DNA from: an uncultured Aliarcobacter sp.
GTDB taxonomy: Bacteria > Campylobacterota > Campylobacteria > Campylobacterales > Arcobacteraceae
Assembly: GCA_963664305.2 (NCBI GenBank)
Contig: CAXXLV010000001.1
Span: forward strand, 640,001 to 704,000
Reading direction: 5' to 3'
DNA: 64,000 nucleotides
This document shows, one piece after another, positions 62,494-64,000 of this stretch (position 1 is the stretch's first letter; every line of letters begins with the position of its first letter). Position numbers and translations under genes: made by a program. The notes beneath the pieces are model-generated. The model did not search any database. It was not told where the DNA came from and saw nothing but the letters and a program-made list of their open reading frames with translations.

Positions 62494-63858
62494 TTAATCC
62501 TCCATTACCCAAGTATCTTTAAATCCACCACCTTGAGATGAATTAACTAAATAATTTCCTGCTTCCATCGCATATCTTGTTAATCCACATTGCCAAACTT
62601 TTGGTTCTTCTGCCATTACAACATAAGCTCTAAAATCAGCTTTTCTTGGAACAATTTCATCATTAATGAAACACTCTTCATCATAAAATTCTATTAATTC
62701 TTGAGCTATAAATCTTCTAGGATTTGCATTTATAATAGTCTTTAAATCTTCTAATTGGATTTTTGACATTGCATGTCCAAACATAACTCCATAACCACCA
62801 GCTTCTGCAACATCTTTGATAACTAATTTATGCATATTTTCAAATACATATTTTTTATCATTTTCAAAATATGGTAAATATGTTGGTGCATTTCTAAGAA
62901 TTGGTTCTTCACCTAAATAATATTCAATCATTTTTGGAACAAAATAGTAAATACCTTTATCATCAGCAATACCGTTTCCAGGAGCATTCATAATTGCTAC
63001 ATTTCCAGCTAAATATGCTTCCATAATTCCTGGAACACCTATCAAACTCTCTTCATTAAAGAATTTTGGGTCTAAGAATTCATCATCTAATCTTCTATAA
63101 ACAGCCCCTACTTTGATTAGTTGCCCATTATAATTTTTGAAATATAAAATCTTATCTTTTACAACAACTTCATCATTTCTTACAAGTTGTGCACCAATTT
63201 TTCTAGCTAAATAAGCATGCTCATAATAAGCAGAATTAAATCTACCAGGAGTTAAAACTACATTTATTCCTCCACAACTAACATAATTCATTGCTTCTTC
63301 TAAAATTGATGGATAACCTTTTATAGGTTTTATCTTTAGTTTTTCAAAAAAATCTGGATAGATTTTTCTATAAGTATCACGAACAGATAAAGGATAACTA
63401 GCCCCACTTGGAACTCTTAAGTTATCTTCTAAAATAACCCAATCATCTGTAATTGTATCTTTTACTAAATCTATACCATTTATATGTGTTCGGATTTTTT
63501 TATTTGGAGAGAAACCTTCAAGCTCTTTTAAATAGCCTTTGGCTTGAAAAATAAATTCTTCTGGAATAACTTTGTCTTTGATAATTTTTTTATCTGTATA
63601 TAAATCTTCTAAAAAAAGATTTAAAGCCTTAATTCTTTGAGATAGCCCTTTGTCCATCTTATCAAACTCTTTTGAATCTATTATTCTTGGAATAACATCA
63701 AAAGGAAGTGATCTTTCAATAAAATTTCCATCTTTATAAAGGTTGAAATTTACCGCGAACTTATCCATATATTTTTGGAATTCATCAATCTTCAATCTAT
63801 CTTGCTTAGAGAATATATCCCAAAACAATTCACTCTTTTCATTTTTTGTATCTAGCAA
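62494..63858 (-). CDS. Circularly permuted type-2 ATP-grasp protein
   Basis: PFDVIPR, LEDNLRVPSGASY, NSAYYEH, YRRLDD, VNSSQGGGFKDTWV; TTG start after AGGAGG. Confidence 0.92.
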   Translation of the reverse strand: MLDTKNEKSELFWDIFSKQDRLKIDEFQKYMDKFAVNFNLYKDGNFIERSLPFDVIPRIIDSKEFDKMDKGLSQRIKALNLFLEDLYTDKKIIKDKVIPEEFIFQAKGYLKELEGFSPNKKIRTHINGIDLVKDTITDDWVILEDNLRVPSGASYPLSVRDTYRKIYPDFFEKLKIKPIKGYPSILEEAMNYVSCGGINVVLTPGRFNSAYYEHAYLARKIGAQLVRNDEVVVKDKILYFKNYNGQLIKVGAVYRRLDDEFLDPKFFNEESLIGVPGIMEAYLAGNVAIMNAPGNGIADDKGIYYFVPKMIEYYLGEEPILRNAPTYLPYFENDKKYVFENMHKLVIKDVAEAGGYGVMFGHAMSKIQLEDLKTIINANPRRFIAQELIEFYDEECFINDEIVPRKADFRAYVVMAEEPKVWQCGLTRYAMEAGNYLVNSSQGGGFKDTWVMED

Positions 63859-64000
63859 CTCACACCTCCTAAACTAATAAATTCTAGTCTTTATTATCTG
63901 AGAAATTACTAAATAATTACTTTCTTTTTTCTTTTTATTGTATATTAAATAAACATTTTCCTTTGTTTAGTTTATAATCTATAAAAAAAGGGAGAAGATG

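Overview
AT-rich chromosomal window from an Arcobacteraceae (Campylobacterota) bacterium, judged from the 16S/23S sequences and gene content. It runs: 3' part of dnaE, surE, moaC, rpsU; a complete minus-strand rrn operon (16S-tRNA-Ile-tRNA-Ala-23S-5S); housekeeping and envelope genes (yccA-like, secG, frr, pyrE, MscS, ZntB/CorA, yaaA, ychJ, comEA, ung); a ThDP enzyme plus aldehyde dehydrogenase pair; LemA/TPM genes; a MarR-MFS efflux unit; a lone putative HEPN defence gene between two different palindromic elements, one ERIC-like; a MoxR-VWA pair behind a sigma54-type promoter; a sulfate assimilation/cysteine operon ending in a truncated sulfite-reductase-like gene; and hsp20 with CIRCE and HAIR-like sites. 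The last 13 kb hold the most interesting part, two convergent peptide-ligase operons. One is transglutaminase-DUF2126 / CP-ATP-grasp-alpha-E / transglutaminase. The other is CP-ATP-grasp / alpha-E / an intact M14 peptidase / an apparently catalytically dead M14 paralogue. All family assignments come from motif recognition by eye; no database search was run.
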